From the human T2T-CHM13v2.0 reference genome, Homo sapiens: a stretch of DNA of 64,000 bases. Shown here in pieces: positions 12,829-25,730 of this stretch. The stretch lies in NCBI RefSeq assembly GCF_009914755.1, contig NC_060931.1. One strand, written 5' to 3'. How positions within the stretch are numbered: position 1 is the first letter of the stretch; every line of letters begins with the position of its first letter. The position numbers and the translations under genes are program-made. The notes beneath the pieces are model-generated. The model had not been told where the DNA came from. It made no database searches and worked only from the letters and a program-made list of their open reading frames with translations.

Positions 12829-15800
12829 TTTCTTCATTTCATGCTAGACAGAAGAATTCTCAGTAACTTCTTTGTGCTGTGTGTATTCAACTCACAGAGT
12901 GGAACGTCCCTTTACACAGAGCAGATTTGAAACACTCTTTTTGTGGAGTTTGCAAGTGGAGATTTCAAGCGATTTGATGCCAACAGTAGAAAAGGAAATA
13001 TCTTCAAATAAAAACTAGACAGAATCATTCTCAGAAACTACTTTGTGATGTGTGCCTTCAACTCACAGAGTTTAACCTTTCTTTTCTTAGAGCAGTTTAG
13101 AAACACTCTGCTTGTTATGTCTGCAAGTGGATATTTGGACCTCTTTGAGGCCTTCGTTGCAAACGGGGTTTCTTCCTTTCATGCTAGACTAAGAAGAGTT
13201 CTCAGTAACTTTTTTGTGTTGTGTGTATTCAACTCACAGAGTTGAACCTTGCTTTAGAGAGAGCAGATTTGAAACACTCTTGCTGTGGCATTTTCAGGTG
13301 GAGATTTCAAGCGATTTGAGGACAATTGCAGAAAAGGAAATATCTTCGTATAATAACCAGACAGAATCATTCTCAGAAAGTGCTTTGTGATGTGTGCGTT
13401 CAACTCACAGAGTTTAACCTTTCTTTTCATAGAGGAGTTTGGAAACACACTGTTTGTAAAGTCTGCAAGTGGATACATGGACCTGTTTGAGGCCTTCGTT
13501 GGAAACGGGATTTCTTCATTGAATGCTAGACGGAAGAATTCTCAGTAAATTCTTTGTGTTGTGTGCATTCAACTCACAGAGTGGAACGTCCCTTTAGACA
13601 GAGCAGATTTGAAACACTCTTTTTGCGGAATTTGCAAGTGGAGATTTCTAGCCATTTGATGCCAACAGTAGAAAGGGAAATATCTTCAAATAAAAACCAG
13701 ACAGAATCATTCTCAGAAAATTCTTTGTGATGTGTGCGTTCAACTCACATAGTTTAACCTTTCTTTTCATAGAGCAGTTTGGAAACACTCTGTTTGTAAA
13801 GTCTGCAAGTGGATATATGGACCGCATTGAGGCCTTCGTTGGAAACGGGATTTCTTCATTTCATGCTAGACAGAAGAATTCTCAGTAACTTCTTTGTGCT
13901 GTGTGTATTCAACTCACAGAGTGGAACGTCCCTTTGCAGAGAGCAGATTTGAAACACTCTTTTTGTGGAGTTTGCAAGTGGAGATTTCAAGCGATTTGAT
14001 GCCAACAGTAGAAAAGGAAATATCTTCAAATAAAAACTAGACAGAATCATTCTCAGAAACTACTTTGTGATGTGTGCCTTCAACTCACAGAGTTTAACCT
14101 TTCTTTTCTTAGAGCAGTTTAGAAACACTCTGCTTGTTACGTCTGCAAGTGGATATTTGGACCTCTTTGAGGCCTTCGTTGCAAACGGGGTTTCTTCCTT
14201 TCATGCTAGACTAAGAAGAGTTCTCAGTAACTTTTTTGTGTTGTGTGTATTCAACTCACAGAGTTGAACCTTGCTTTAGAGAGAGCAGATTTGAAACACT
14301 CTTGCTGTGGCATTTTCAGGTGGAGATTTCAAGCGATTTGAGGACAATTGCAGAAAAGGAAATATCTTCGTATAATAACCAGACAGAATCATTCTCAGAA
14401 AGTGCTTTGTGATGTGTGCGTTCAACTCACAGAGTTTAACCTTTCTTTTCATAGAGGAGTTTGGAAACACACTGTTTGTAAAGTCTGCAAGTGGATATAT
14501 GGACCTGTTTGAGGCCTTCGTTGGAAACGGGATTTCTTCATTGAATGCTAGACGGAAGAATTCTCAGTAAATTCTTTGTGTTGTGTGCATTCAACTCACA
14601 GAGTGGAACGTCCCTTTAGACAGAGCAGATTTGAAACACTCTTTTTGTGGCATTTGCAAGTGGAGATTTCTAGCCATTTGATGCCAACAGTAGAAAGGGA
14701 AATATCTTCAAATAAAAACCAGACAGAATCATTCTCAGAAAATTCTTTGTGATGTGTGCGTTCAACTCACATAGTTTAACCTTTCTTTTCATAGAGCAGT
14801 TTGGAAACACTCTGTTTGTAAAGTCTGCAAGTGGATATATGGACCGCATTGAGGCCTTCGTTGGAAACGGGATTTCTTCATTTCATGCTAGACAGAAGAA
14901 TTCTCAGTAACTTCTTTGTGCTGTGTGTATTCAACTCACAGAGTGGAACGTCCCTTTGCACAGAGCAGATTTGAAACACTCTTTTTGTGGAGTTTGCAAG
15001 TGGAGATTTCAAGCGATTTGATGCCAACAGTAGAAAAGGAAATATCTTCAAATAAAAACTAGACAGAATCATTCTCAGAAACTACTTTGTGATGTGTGCC
15101 TTCAACTCACAGAGTTTAACCTTTCTTTTCTTAGAGCAGTTTAGAAACACTCTGCTTGTTATGTCTGCAAGTGGATATTTGGACCTCTTTGAGGCCTTCG
15201 TTGCAAACGGGGTTTCTTCCTTTCATGCTAGACTAAGAAGAGTTCTCAGTAACTTTTTTGTGTTGTGTGTATTCAACTCACAGAGTTGAACCTTGCTTTA
15301 GAGAGAGCAGATTTGAAACACTCTTGCTGTGGCATTTTCAGGTGGAGATTTCAAGCGATTTGAGGACAATTGCAGAAAAGGAAATATCTTCGTATAATAA
15401 CCAGACAGAATCATTCTCAGAAAGTGCTTTGTGATGTGTGCGTTCAACTCACAGAGTTTAACCTTTCTTTTCATAGAGGAGTTTGGAAAGACACTGTTTG
15501 TAAGGACTGCAAGTGGATATATGGACCTGTTTGAGGCCTTCGTTGGAAACGGGATTTCTTCATTGAATGCTAGACGGAAGAATTCTCAGTAAATTCTTTG
15601 TGTTGTGTGCATTCAACTCACAGAGTGGAACGTCCCTTTAGACAGAGCAGATTTGAAACACTCTTTTTGTGGAATTTGCAAGTGGAGATTTCTAGCCATT
15701 TGATGCCAACAGTAGAAAGGGAAATATCTTCAAATAAAAACCAGACAGAATCATTCTCAGAAAATTCTTTGTGATGTGTGCGTTCAACTCACATAGTTTA

Positions 15801-18800
15801 ACCTTTCTTTTCATAGAGCAGTTTGGAAACACTCTGTTTGTAAAGTCTGCAAGTGGATATATGGACCGCATTGAGGCCTTCGTTGGAAACGGGATTTCTT
15901 CATTTCATGCTAGACAGAAGAATTCTCAGTAACTTCTTTGTGCTGTGTGTATTCAACTCACAGAGTGGAACGTCCCTTTGCACAGAGCAGATTTGAAACA
16001 CTCTTTTTGTGGAGTTTGCAAGTGGAGATTTCAAGCGATTTGATGCCAACAGTAGAAAAGGAAATATCTTCAAATAAAAACTAGACAGAATCATTCTCAG
16101 AAACTACTTTGTGATGTGTGCCTTCAACTCACAGAGTTTAACCTTTCTTTTCTTAGAGCAGTTTAGAAACACTCTGCTTGTTATGTCTGCAAGTGGATAT
16201 TTGGACCTCTTTGAGGCCTTCGTTGCAAACGGGGTTTCTTCCTTTCATGCTAGACTAAGAAGAGTTCTCAGTAACTTTTTTGTGTTGTGTGTATTCAACT
16301 CACAGAGTTGAACCTTGCTTTAGAGAGAGCAGATTTGAAACACTCTTGCTGTGGCATTTTCAGGTGGAGATTTCAAGCGATTTGAGGACAATTGCAGAAA
16401 AGGAAATATCTTCGTATAATAACCAGACAGAATCATTCTCAGAAAGTGCTTTGTGATGTGTGCGTTCAACTCACAGAGTTTAACCTTTCTTTTCATAGAG
16501 GAGTTTGGAAACACACTGTTTGTAAAGTCTGCAAGTGGATACATGGACCTGTTTGAGGCCTTCGTTGGAAACGGGATTTCTTCATTGAATGCTAGACGGA
16601 AGAATTCTCAGTAAATTCTTTGTGTTGTGTGCATTCAACTCACAGAGTGGAACGTCCCTTTAGACAGAGCAGATTTGAAACACTCTTTTTGCGGAATTTG
16701 CAAGTGGAGATTTCTAGCCATTTGATGCCAACAGTAGAAAGGGAAATATCTTCAAATAAAAACCAGACAGAATCATTCTCAGAAAATTCTTTGTGATGTG
16801 TGCGTTCAACTCACATAGTTTAACCTTTCTTTTCATAGAGCAGTTTGGAAACACTCTGTTTGTAAAGTCTGCAAGTGGATATATGGACCGCATTGAGGCC
16901 TTCGTTGGAAACGGGATTTCTTCATTTCATGCTAGACAGAAGAATTCTCAGTAACTTCTTTGTGCTGTGTGTATTCAACTCACAGAGTGGAACGTCCCTT
17001 TGCAGAGAGCAGATTTGAAACACTCTTTTTGTGGAGTTTGCAAGTGGAGATTTCAAGCGATTTGATGCCAACAGTAGAAAAGGAAATATCTTCAAATAAA
17101 AACTAGACAGAATCATTCTCAGAAACTACTTTGTGATGTGTGCCTTCAACTCACAGAGTTTAACCTTTCTTTTCTTAGAGCAGTTTAGAAACACTCTGCT
17201 TGTTACGTCTGCAAGTGGATATTTGGACCTCTTTGAGGCCTTCGTTGCAAACGGGGTTTCTTCCTTTCATGCTAGACTAAGAAGAGTTCTCAGTAACTTT
17301 TTTGTGTTGTGTGTATTCAACTCACAGAGTTGAACCTTGCTTTAGAGAGAGCAGATTTGAAACACTCTTGCTGTGGCATTTTCAGGTGGAGATTTCAAGC
17401 GATTTGAGGACAATTGCAGAAAAGGAAATATCTTCGTATAATAACCAGACAGAATCATTCTCAGAAAGTGCTTTGTGATGTGTGCGTTCAACTCACAGAG
17501 TTTAACCTTTCTTTTCATAGAGGAGTTTGGAAACACACTGTTTGTAAAGTCTGCAAGTGGATACATGGACCTGTTTGAGGCCTTCGTTGGAAACGGGATT
17601 TCTTCATTGAATGCTAGACGGAAGAATTCTCAGTAAATTCTTTGTGTTGTGTGCATTCAACTCACAGAGTGGAACGTCCCTTTAGACAGAGCAGATTTGA
17701 AACACTCTTTTTGCGGAATTTGCAAGTGGAGATTTCTAGCCATTTGATGCCAACAGTAGAAAGGGAAATATCTTCAAATAAAAACCAGACAGAATCATTC
17801 TCAGAAAATTCTTTGTGATGTGTGCGTTCAACTCACATAGTTTAACCTTTCTTTTCATAGAGCAGTTTGGAAACACTCTGTTTGTAAAGTCTGCAAGTGG
17901 ATATATGGACCGCATTGAGGCCTTCGTTGGAAACGGGATTTCTTCATTTCATGCTAGACAGAAGAATTCTCAGTAACTTCTTTGTGCTGTGTGTATTCAA
18001 CTCACAGAGTGGAACGTCCCTTTGCACAGAGCAGATTTGAAACACTCTTTTTGTGGAGTTTGCAAGTGGAGATTTCAAGCGATTTGATGCCAACAGTAGA
18101 AAAGGAAATATCTTCAAATAAAAACTAGACAGAATCATTCTCAGAAACTACTTTGTGATGTGTGCCTTCAACTCACAGAGTTTAACCTTTCTTTTCTTAG
18201 AGCAGTTTAGAAACACTCTGCTTGTTACGTCTGCAAGTGGATATTTGGACCTCTTTGAGGCCTTCGTTGCAAACGGGGTTTCTTCCTTTCATGCTAGACT
18301 AAGAAGAGTTCTCAGTAACTTTTTTGTGTTGTGTGTATTCAACTCACAGAGTTGAACCTTGCTTTAGAGAGAGCAGATTTGAAACACTCTTGCTGTGGCA
18401 TTTTCAGGTGGAGATTTCAAGCGATTTGAGGACAATTGCAGAAAAGGAAATATCTTCGTATAATAACCAGACAGAATCATTCTCAGAAAGTGCTTTGTGA
18501 TGTGTGCGTTCAACTCACAGAGTTTAACCTTTCTTTTCATAGAGGAGTTTGGAAACACACTGTTTGTAAAGTCTGCAAGTGGATATATGGACCTGTTTGA
18601 GGCCTTCGTTGGAAACGGGATTTCTTCATTGAATGCTAGACGGAAGAATTCTCAGTAAATTCTTTGTGTTGTGTGCATTCAACTCACAGAGTGGAACGTC
18701 CCTTTAGACAGAGCAGATTTGAAACACTCTTTTTGCGGAATTTGCAAGTGGAGATTTCTAGCCATTTGATGCCAACAGTAGAAAGGGAAATATCTTCAAA

Positions 18801-19920
18801 TAAAAACCAGACAGAATCATTCTCAGAAAATTCTTTGTGATGTGTGCGTTCAACTCACATAGTTTAACCTTTCTTTTCATAGAGCAGTTTGGAAACACTC
18901 TGTTTGTAAAGTCTGCAAGTGGATATATGGACCGCATTGAGGCCTTCGTTGGAAACGGGATTTCTTCATTTCATGCTAGACAGAAGAATTCTCAGTAACT
19001 TCTTTGTGCTGTGTGTATTCAACTCACAGAGTGGAACGTCCCTTTGCACAGAGCAGATTTGAAACACTCTTTTTGTGGAGTTTGCAAGTGGAGATTTCAA
19101 GCGATTTGATGCCAACAGTAGAAAAGGAAATATCTTCAAATAAAAACTAGACAGAATCATTCTCAGAAACTACTTTGTGATGTGTGCCTTCAACTCACAG
19201 AGTTTAACCTTTCTTTTCTTAGAGCAGTTTAGAAACACTCTGCTTGTTATGTCTGCAAGTGGATACTTGGACCTCTTTGAGGCCTTCGTTGCAAACGGGG
19301 TTTCTTCCTTTCATGCTAGACTAAGAAGAGTTCTCAGTAACTTTTTTGTGTTGTGTGTATTCAACTCACAGAGTTGAACCTTGCTTTAGAGAGAGCAGAT
19401 TTGAAACACTCTTGCTGTGGCATTTTCAGGTGGAGATTTCAAGCGATTTGAGGACAATTGCAGAAAAGGAAATATCTTCGTATAATAACCAGACAGAATC
19501 ATTCTCAGAAAGTGCTTTGTGATGTGTGCGTTCAACTCACAGAGTTTAACCTTTCTTTTCATAGAGGAGTTTGGAAACACACTGTTTGTAAAGTCTGCAA
19601 GTGGATATATGGACCTGTTTGAGGCCTTCGTTGGAAACGGGATTTCCTCATTGAATGCTTGACGGAAGAATTCTCAGTAAATTCTTTGTGTTGTGTGCAT
19701 TCAACTCACAGAGTGGAACGTCCCTTTAGACAGAGCAGATTTGAAACACTCTTTTTGCGGAATTTGCAAGTGGAGATTTCTAGCCATTTGATGCCAACAG
19801 TAGAAAGGGAAATATCTTCAAATAAAAACCAGACAGAATCATTCTCAGAAAATTCTTTGTGATGTGTGCGTTCAACTCACATAGTTTAACCTTTCTTTTC
19901 ATAGAGCAGTTTGGAAACAC

Positions 19921-19930
19921 TCTGTAAAGT
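19921..19930 (+). other. 4-bp deletion giving the single 1,018-bp HOR copy
   Basis: TCTGTAAAGT replaces TCTGTTTGTAAAGT. The ORF-track step from 19177 to 20195 is 1,018 rather than 1,022. Confidence 0.93.
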
Positions 19931-22900
19931 CTGCAAGTGGATATATGGACCGCATTGAGGCCTTCGTTGGAAACGGGATTTCTTCATTTCATGCTAGACA
20001 GAAGAATTCTCAGTAACTTCTTTGTGCTGTGTGTATTCAACTCACAGAGTGGAACGTCCCTTTACACAGAGCAGATTTGAAACACTCTTTTTGTGGAGTT
20101 TGCAAGTGGAGATTTCAAGCGATTTGATGCCAACAGTAGAAAAGGAAATATCTTCAAATAAAAACTAGACAGAATCATTCTCAGAAACTACTTTGTGATG
20201 TGTGCCTTCAACTCACAGAGTTTAACCTTTCTTTTCTTAGAGCAGTTTAGAAACACTCTGCTTGTTATGTCTGCAAGTGGATATTTGGACCTCTTTGAGG
20301 CCTTCGTTGCAAACGGGGTTTCTTCCTTTCATGCTAGACTAAGAAGAGTTCTCAGTAACTTTTTTGTGTTGTGTGTATTCAACTCACAGAGTTGAACCTT
20401 GCTTTAGAGAGAGCAGATTTGAAACACTCTCGCTGTGGCATTTTCAGGTGGAGATTTCAAGCGATTTGAGGACAATTGCAGAAAAGGAAATATCTTCGTA
20501 TAATAACCAGACAGAATCATTCTCAGAAAGTGCTTTGTGATGTGTGCGTTCAACTCACAGAGTTTAACCTTTCTTTTCATAGAGGAGTTTGGAAACACAC
20601 TGTTTGTAAGGACTGCAAGTGGATATATGGACCTGTTTGAGGCCTTCGTTGGAAACGGGATTTCTTCATTGAATGCTAGACGGAAGAATTCTCAGTAAAT
20701 TCTTTGTGTTGTGTGCATTCAACTCACAGAGTGGAACGTCCCTTTAGACAGAGCAGATTTGAAACACTCTTTTTGTGGAATTTGCAAGTGGAGATTTCTA
20801 GCCATTTGATGCCAACAGTAGAAAGGGAAATATCTTCAAATAAAAACCAGACAGAATCATTCTCAGAAAATTCTTTGTGATGTGTGCGTTCAACTCACAT
20901 AGTTTAACCTTTCTTTTCATAGAGCAGTTTGGAAACACTCTGTTTGTAAAGTCTGCAAGTGGATATATGGACCGCATTGAGGCCTTCGTTGGAAACGGGA
21001 TTTCTTCATTTCATGCTAGACAGAAGAATTCTCAGTAACTTCTTTGTGCTGTGTGTATTCAACTCACAGAGTGGAACGTCCCTTTGCACAGAGCAGATTT
21101 GAAACACTCTTTTTGTTGAGTTTGCAAGTGGAGATTTCAAGCGATTTGATGCCAACAGTAGAAAAGGAAATATCTTCAAATAAAAACTAGACAGAATCAT
21201 TCTCAGAAACTACTTTGTGATGTGTGCCTTCAACTCACAGAGTTCAACCTTTCTTTTCTTAGAGCAGTTTAGAAACACTCTGCTTGTTATGTCTGCAAGT
21301 GGATATTTGGACCTCTTTGAGGCCTTCGTTGCAAACGGGGTTTCTTCCTTTCATGCTAGACTAAGAAGAGTTCTCAGTAACTTTTTTGTGTTGTGTGTAT
21401 TCAACTCACAGAGTTGAACCTTGCTTTAGAGAGAGCAGATTTGAAACACTCTTGCTGTGGCATTTTCAGGTGGAGATTTCAAGCGATTTGAGGACAATTG
21501 CAGAAAAGGAAATATCTTCGTATAATAACCAGACAGAATCATTCTCAGAAAGTGCTTTGTGATGTGTGCGTTCAACTCACAGAGTTTAACCTTTCTTTTC
21601 ATAGAGGAGTTTGGAAACACACTGTTTGTAAAGTCTGCAAGTGGATACATGGACCTGTTTGAGGCCTTCGTTGGAAACGGGATTTCTTCATTGAATGCTA
21701 GACGGAAGAATTCTCAGTAAATTCTTTGTGTTGTGTGCATTCAACTCACAGAGTGGAACGTCCCTTTAGACAGAGCAGATTTGAAACACTCTTTTTGCGG
21801 AATTTGCAAGTGGAGATTTCTAGCCATTTGATGCCAACAGTAGAAAGGGAAATATCTTCAAATAAAAACCAGACAGAATCATTCTCAGAAAATTCTTTGT
21901 GATGTGTGCGTTCAACTCACATAGTTTAACCTTTCTTTTCATAGAGCAGTTTGGAAACACTCTGTTTGTAAAGTCTGCAAGTGGATATATGGACCGCATT
22001 GAGGCCTTCGTTGGAAACGGGATTTCTTCATTTCATGCTAGACAGAAGAATTCTCAGTAACTTCTTTGTGCTGTGTGTATTCAACTCACAGAGTGGAACG
22101 TCCCTTTGCACAGAGCAGATTTGAAACACTCTTTTTGTGGAGTTTGCAAGTGGAGATTTCAAGCGATTTGATGCCAACAGTAGAAAAGGAAATATCTTCA
22201 AATAAAAACTAGACAGAATCATTCTCAGAAACTACTTTGTGATGTGTGCCTTCAACTCACAGAGTTTAACCTTTCTTTTCTTAGAGCAGTTTAGAAACAC
22301 TCTGCTTGTTATGTCTGCAAGTGGATATTTGGACCTCTTTGAGGCCTTCGTTGCAAACGGGGTTTCTTCCTTTCATGCTAGACTAAGAAGAGTTCTCAGT
22401 AACTTTTTTGTGTTGTGTGTATTCAACTCACAGAGTTGAACCTTGCTTTAGAGAGAGCAGATTTGAAACACTCTTGCTGTGGCATTTTCAGGTGGAGATT
22501 TCAAGCGATTTGAGGACAATTGCAGAAAAGGAAATATCTTCGTATAATAACCAGACAGAATCATTCTCAGAAAGTGCTTTGTGATGTGTGCGTTCAACTC
22601 ACAGAGTTTAACCTTTCTTTTCATAGAGGAGTTTGGAAACACACTGTTTGTAAAGTCTGCAAGTGGATACATGGACCTGTTTGAGGCCTTCGTTGGAAAC
22701 GGGATTTCTTCATTGAATGCTAGACGGAAGAATTCTCAGTAAATTCTTTGTGTTGTGTGCATTCAACTCACAGAGTGGAACGTCCCTTTAGACAGAGCAG
22801 ATTTGAAACACTCTTTTTGCGGAATTTGCAAGTGGAGATTTCTAGCCATTTGATGCCAACAGTAGAAAGGGAAATATCTTCAAATAAAAACCAGACAGAA

Positions 22901-25730
22901 TCATTCTCAGAAAATTCTTTGTGATGTGTGCGTTCAACTCACATAGTTTAACCTTTCTTTTCATAGAGCAGTTTGGAAACACTCTGTTTGTAAAGTCTGC
23001 AAGTGGATATATGGACCGCATTGAGGCCTTCGTTGGAAACGGGATTTCTTCATTTCATGCTAGACAGAAGAATTCTCAGTAACTTCTTTGTGCTGTGTGT
23101 ATTCAACTCACAGAGTGGAACGTCCCTTTACACAGAGCAGATTTGAAACACTCTTTTTGTGGAGTTTGCAAGTGGAGATTTCAAGCGATTTGATGCCAAC
23201 AGTAGAAAAGGAAATATCTTCAAATAAAAACTAGACAGAATCATTCTCAGAAACTACTTTGTGATGTGTGCCTTCAACTCACAGAGTTTAACCTTTCTTT
23301 TCTTAGAGCAGTTTAGAAACACTCTGCTTGTTATGTCTGCAAGTGGATATTTGGACCTCTTTGAGGCCTTCGTTGCAAACGGGGTTTCTTCCTTTCATGC
23401 TAGACTAAGAAGAGTTCTCAGTAACTTTTTTGTGTTGTGTGTATTCAACTCACAGAGTTGAACCTTGCTTTAGAGAGAGCAGATTTGAAACACTCTCGCT
23501 GTGGCATTTTCAGGTGGAGATTTCAAGCGATTTGAGGACAATTGCAGAAAAGGAAATATCTTCGTATAATAACCAGACAGAATCATTCTCAGAAAGTGCT
23601 TTGTGATGTGTGCGTTCAACTCACAGAGTTTAACCTTTCTTTTCATAGAGGAGTTTGGAAACACACTGTTTGTAAGGACTGCAAGTGGATATATGGACCT
23701 GTTTGAGGCCTTCGTTGGAAACGGGATTTCTTCATTGAATGCTAGACGGAAGAATTCTCAGTAAATTCTTTGTGTTGTGTGCATTCAACTCACAGAGTGG
23801 AACGTCCCTTTAGACAGAGCAGATTTGAAACACTCTTTTTGTGGAATTTGCAAGTGGAGATTTCTAGCCATTTGATGCCAACAGTAGAAAGGGAAATATC
23901 TTCAAATAAAAACCAGACAGAATCATTCTCAGAAAATTCTTTGTGATGTGTGCGTTCAACTCACATAGTTTAACCTTTCTTTTCATAGAGCAGTTTGGAA
24001 ACACTCTGTTTGTAAAGTCTGCAAGTGGATATATGGACCGCATTGAGGCCTTCGTTGGAAACGGGATTTCTTCATTTCATGCTAGACAGAAGAATTCTCA
24101 GTAACTTCTTTGTGCTGTGTGTATTCAACTCACAGAGTGGAACGTCCCTTTGCACAGAGCAGATTTGAAACACTCTTTTTGTTGAGTTTGCAAGTGGAGA
24201 TTTCAAGCGATTTGATGCCAACAGTAGAAAAGGAAATATCTTCAAATAAAAACTAGACAGAATCATTCTCAGAAACTACTTTGTGATGTGTGCCTTCAAC
24301 TCACAGAGTTCAACCTTTCTTTTCTTAGAGCAGTTTAGAAACACTCTGCTTGTTATGTCTGCAAGTGGATATTTGGACCTCTTTGAGGCCTTCGTTGCAA
24401 ACGGGGTTTCTTCCTTTCATGCTAGACTAAGAAGAGTTCTCAGTAACTTTTTTGTGTTGTGTGTATTCAACTCACAGAGTTGAACCTTGCTTTAGAGAGA
24501 GCAGATTTGAAACACTCTTGCTGTGGCATTTTCAGGTGGAGATTTCAAGCGATTTGAGGACAATTGCAGAAAAGGAAATATCTTCGTATAATAACCAGAC
24601 AGAATCATTCTCAGAAAGTGCTTTGTGATGTGTGCGTTCAACTCACAGAGTTTAACCTTTCTTTTCATAGAGGAGTTTGGAAACACACTGTTTGTAAAGT
24701 CTGCAAGTGGATACATGGACCTGTTTGAGGCCTTCGTTGGAAACGGGATTTCTTCATTGAATGCTAGACGGAAGAATTCTCAGTAAATTCTTTGTGTTGT
24801 GTGCATTCAACTCACAGAGTGGAACGTCCCTTTAGACAGAGCAGATTTGAAACACTCTTTTTGCGGAATTTGCAAGTGGAGATTTCTAGCCATTTGATGC
24901 CAACAGTAGAAAGGGAAATATCTTCAAATAAAAACCAGACAGAATCATTCTCAGAAAATTCTTTGTGATGTGTGCGTTCAACTCACATAGTTTAACCTTT
25001 CTTTTCATAGAGCAGTTTGGAAACACTCTGTTTGTAAAGTCTGCAAGTGGATATATGGACCGCATTGAGGCCTTCGTTGGAAACGGGATTTCTTCATTTC
25101 ATGCTAGACAGAAGAATTCTCAGTAACTTCTTTGTGCTGTGTGTATTCAACTCACAGAGTGGAACGTCCCTTTGCACAGAGCAGATTTGAAACACTCTTT
25201 TTGTGGAGTTTGCAAGTGGAGATTTCAAGCGATTTGATGCCAACAGTAGAAAAGGAAATATCTTCAAATAAAAACTAGACAGAATCATTCTCAGAAACTA
25301 CTTTGTGATGTGTGCCTTCAACTCACAGAGTTTAACCTTTCTTTTCTTAGAGCAGTTTAGAAACACTCTGCTTGTTATGTCTGCAAGTGGATATTTGGAC
25401 CTCTTTGAGGCCTTCGTTGCAAACGGGGTTTCTTCCTTTCATGCTAGACTAAGAAGAGTTCTCAGTAACTTTTTTGTGTTGTGTGTATTCAACTCACAGA
25501 GTTGAACCTTGCTTTAGAGAGAGCAGATTTGAAACACTCTTGCTGTGGCATTTTCAGGTGGAGATTTCAAGCGATTTGAGGACAATTGCAGAAAAGGAAA
25601 TATCTTCGTATAATAACCAGACAGAATCATTCTCAGAAAGTGCTTTGTGATGTGTGCGTTCAACTCACAGAGTTTAACCTTTCTTTTCATAGAGGAGTTT
25701 GGAAACACACTGTTTGTAAAGTCTGCAAGT
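19930..25730 (+). repeat. Tandem duplication of a 3-HOR block (period 3,066 bp); ends approximate
   Basis: Variants pair at +3,066: 20064/23130, 20431/23497, 20610/23676, 20776/23842, 21117/24183, 21245/24311. Confidence 0.82.

Larger units (their letters stand above)
6989..14645 (+). repeat. Tandem duplication of a 4-HOR block (period 4,088 bp); ends approximate
   Basis: Rare variants pair at +4,088: 7098/11186, 7328/11416, 7469/11557, 7585/11673, 7804/11892, 7859/11947, 8737/12825, 9851/13939, 10052/14140. Confidence 0.85.
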
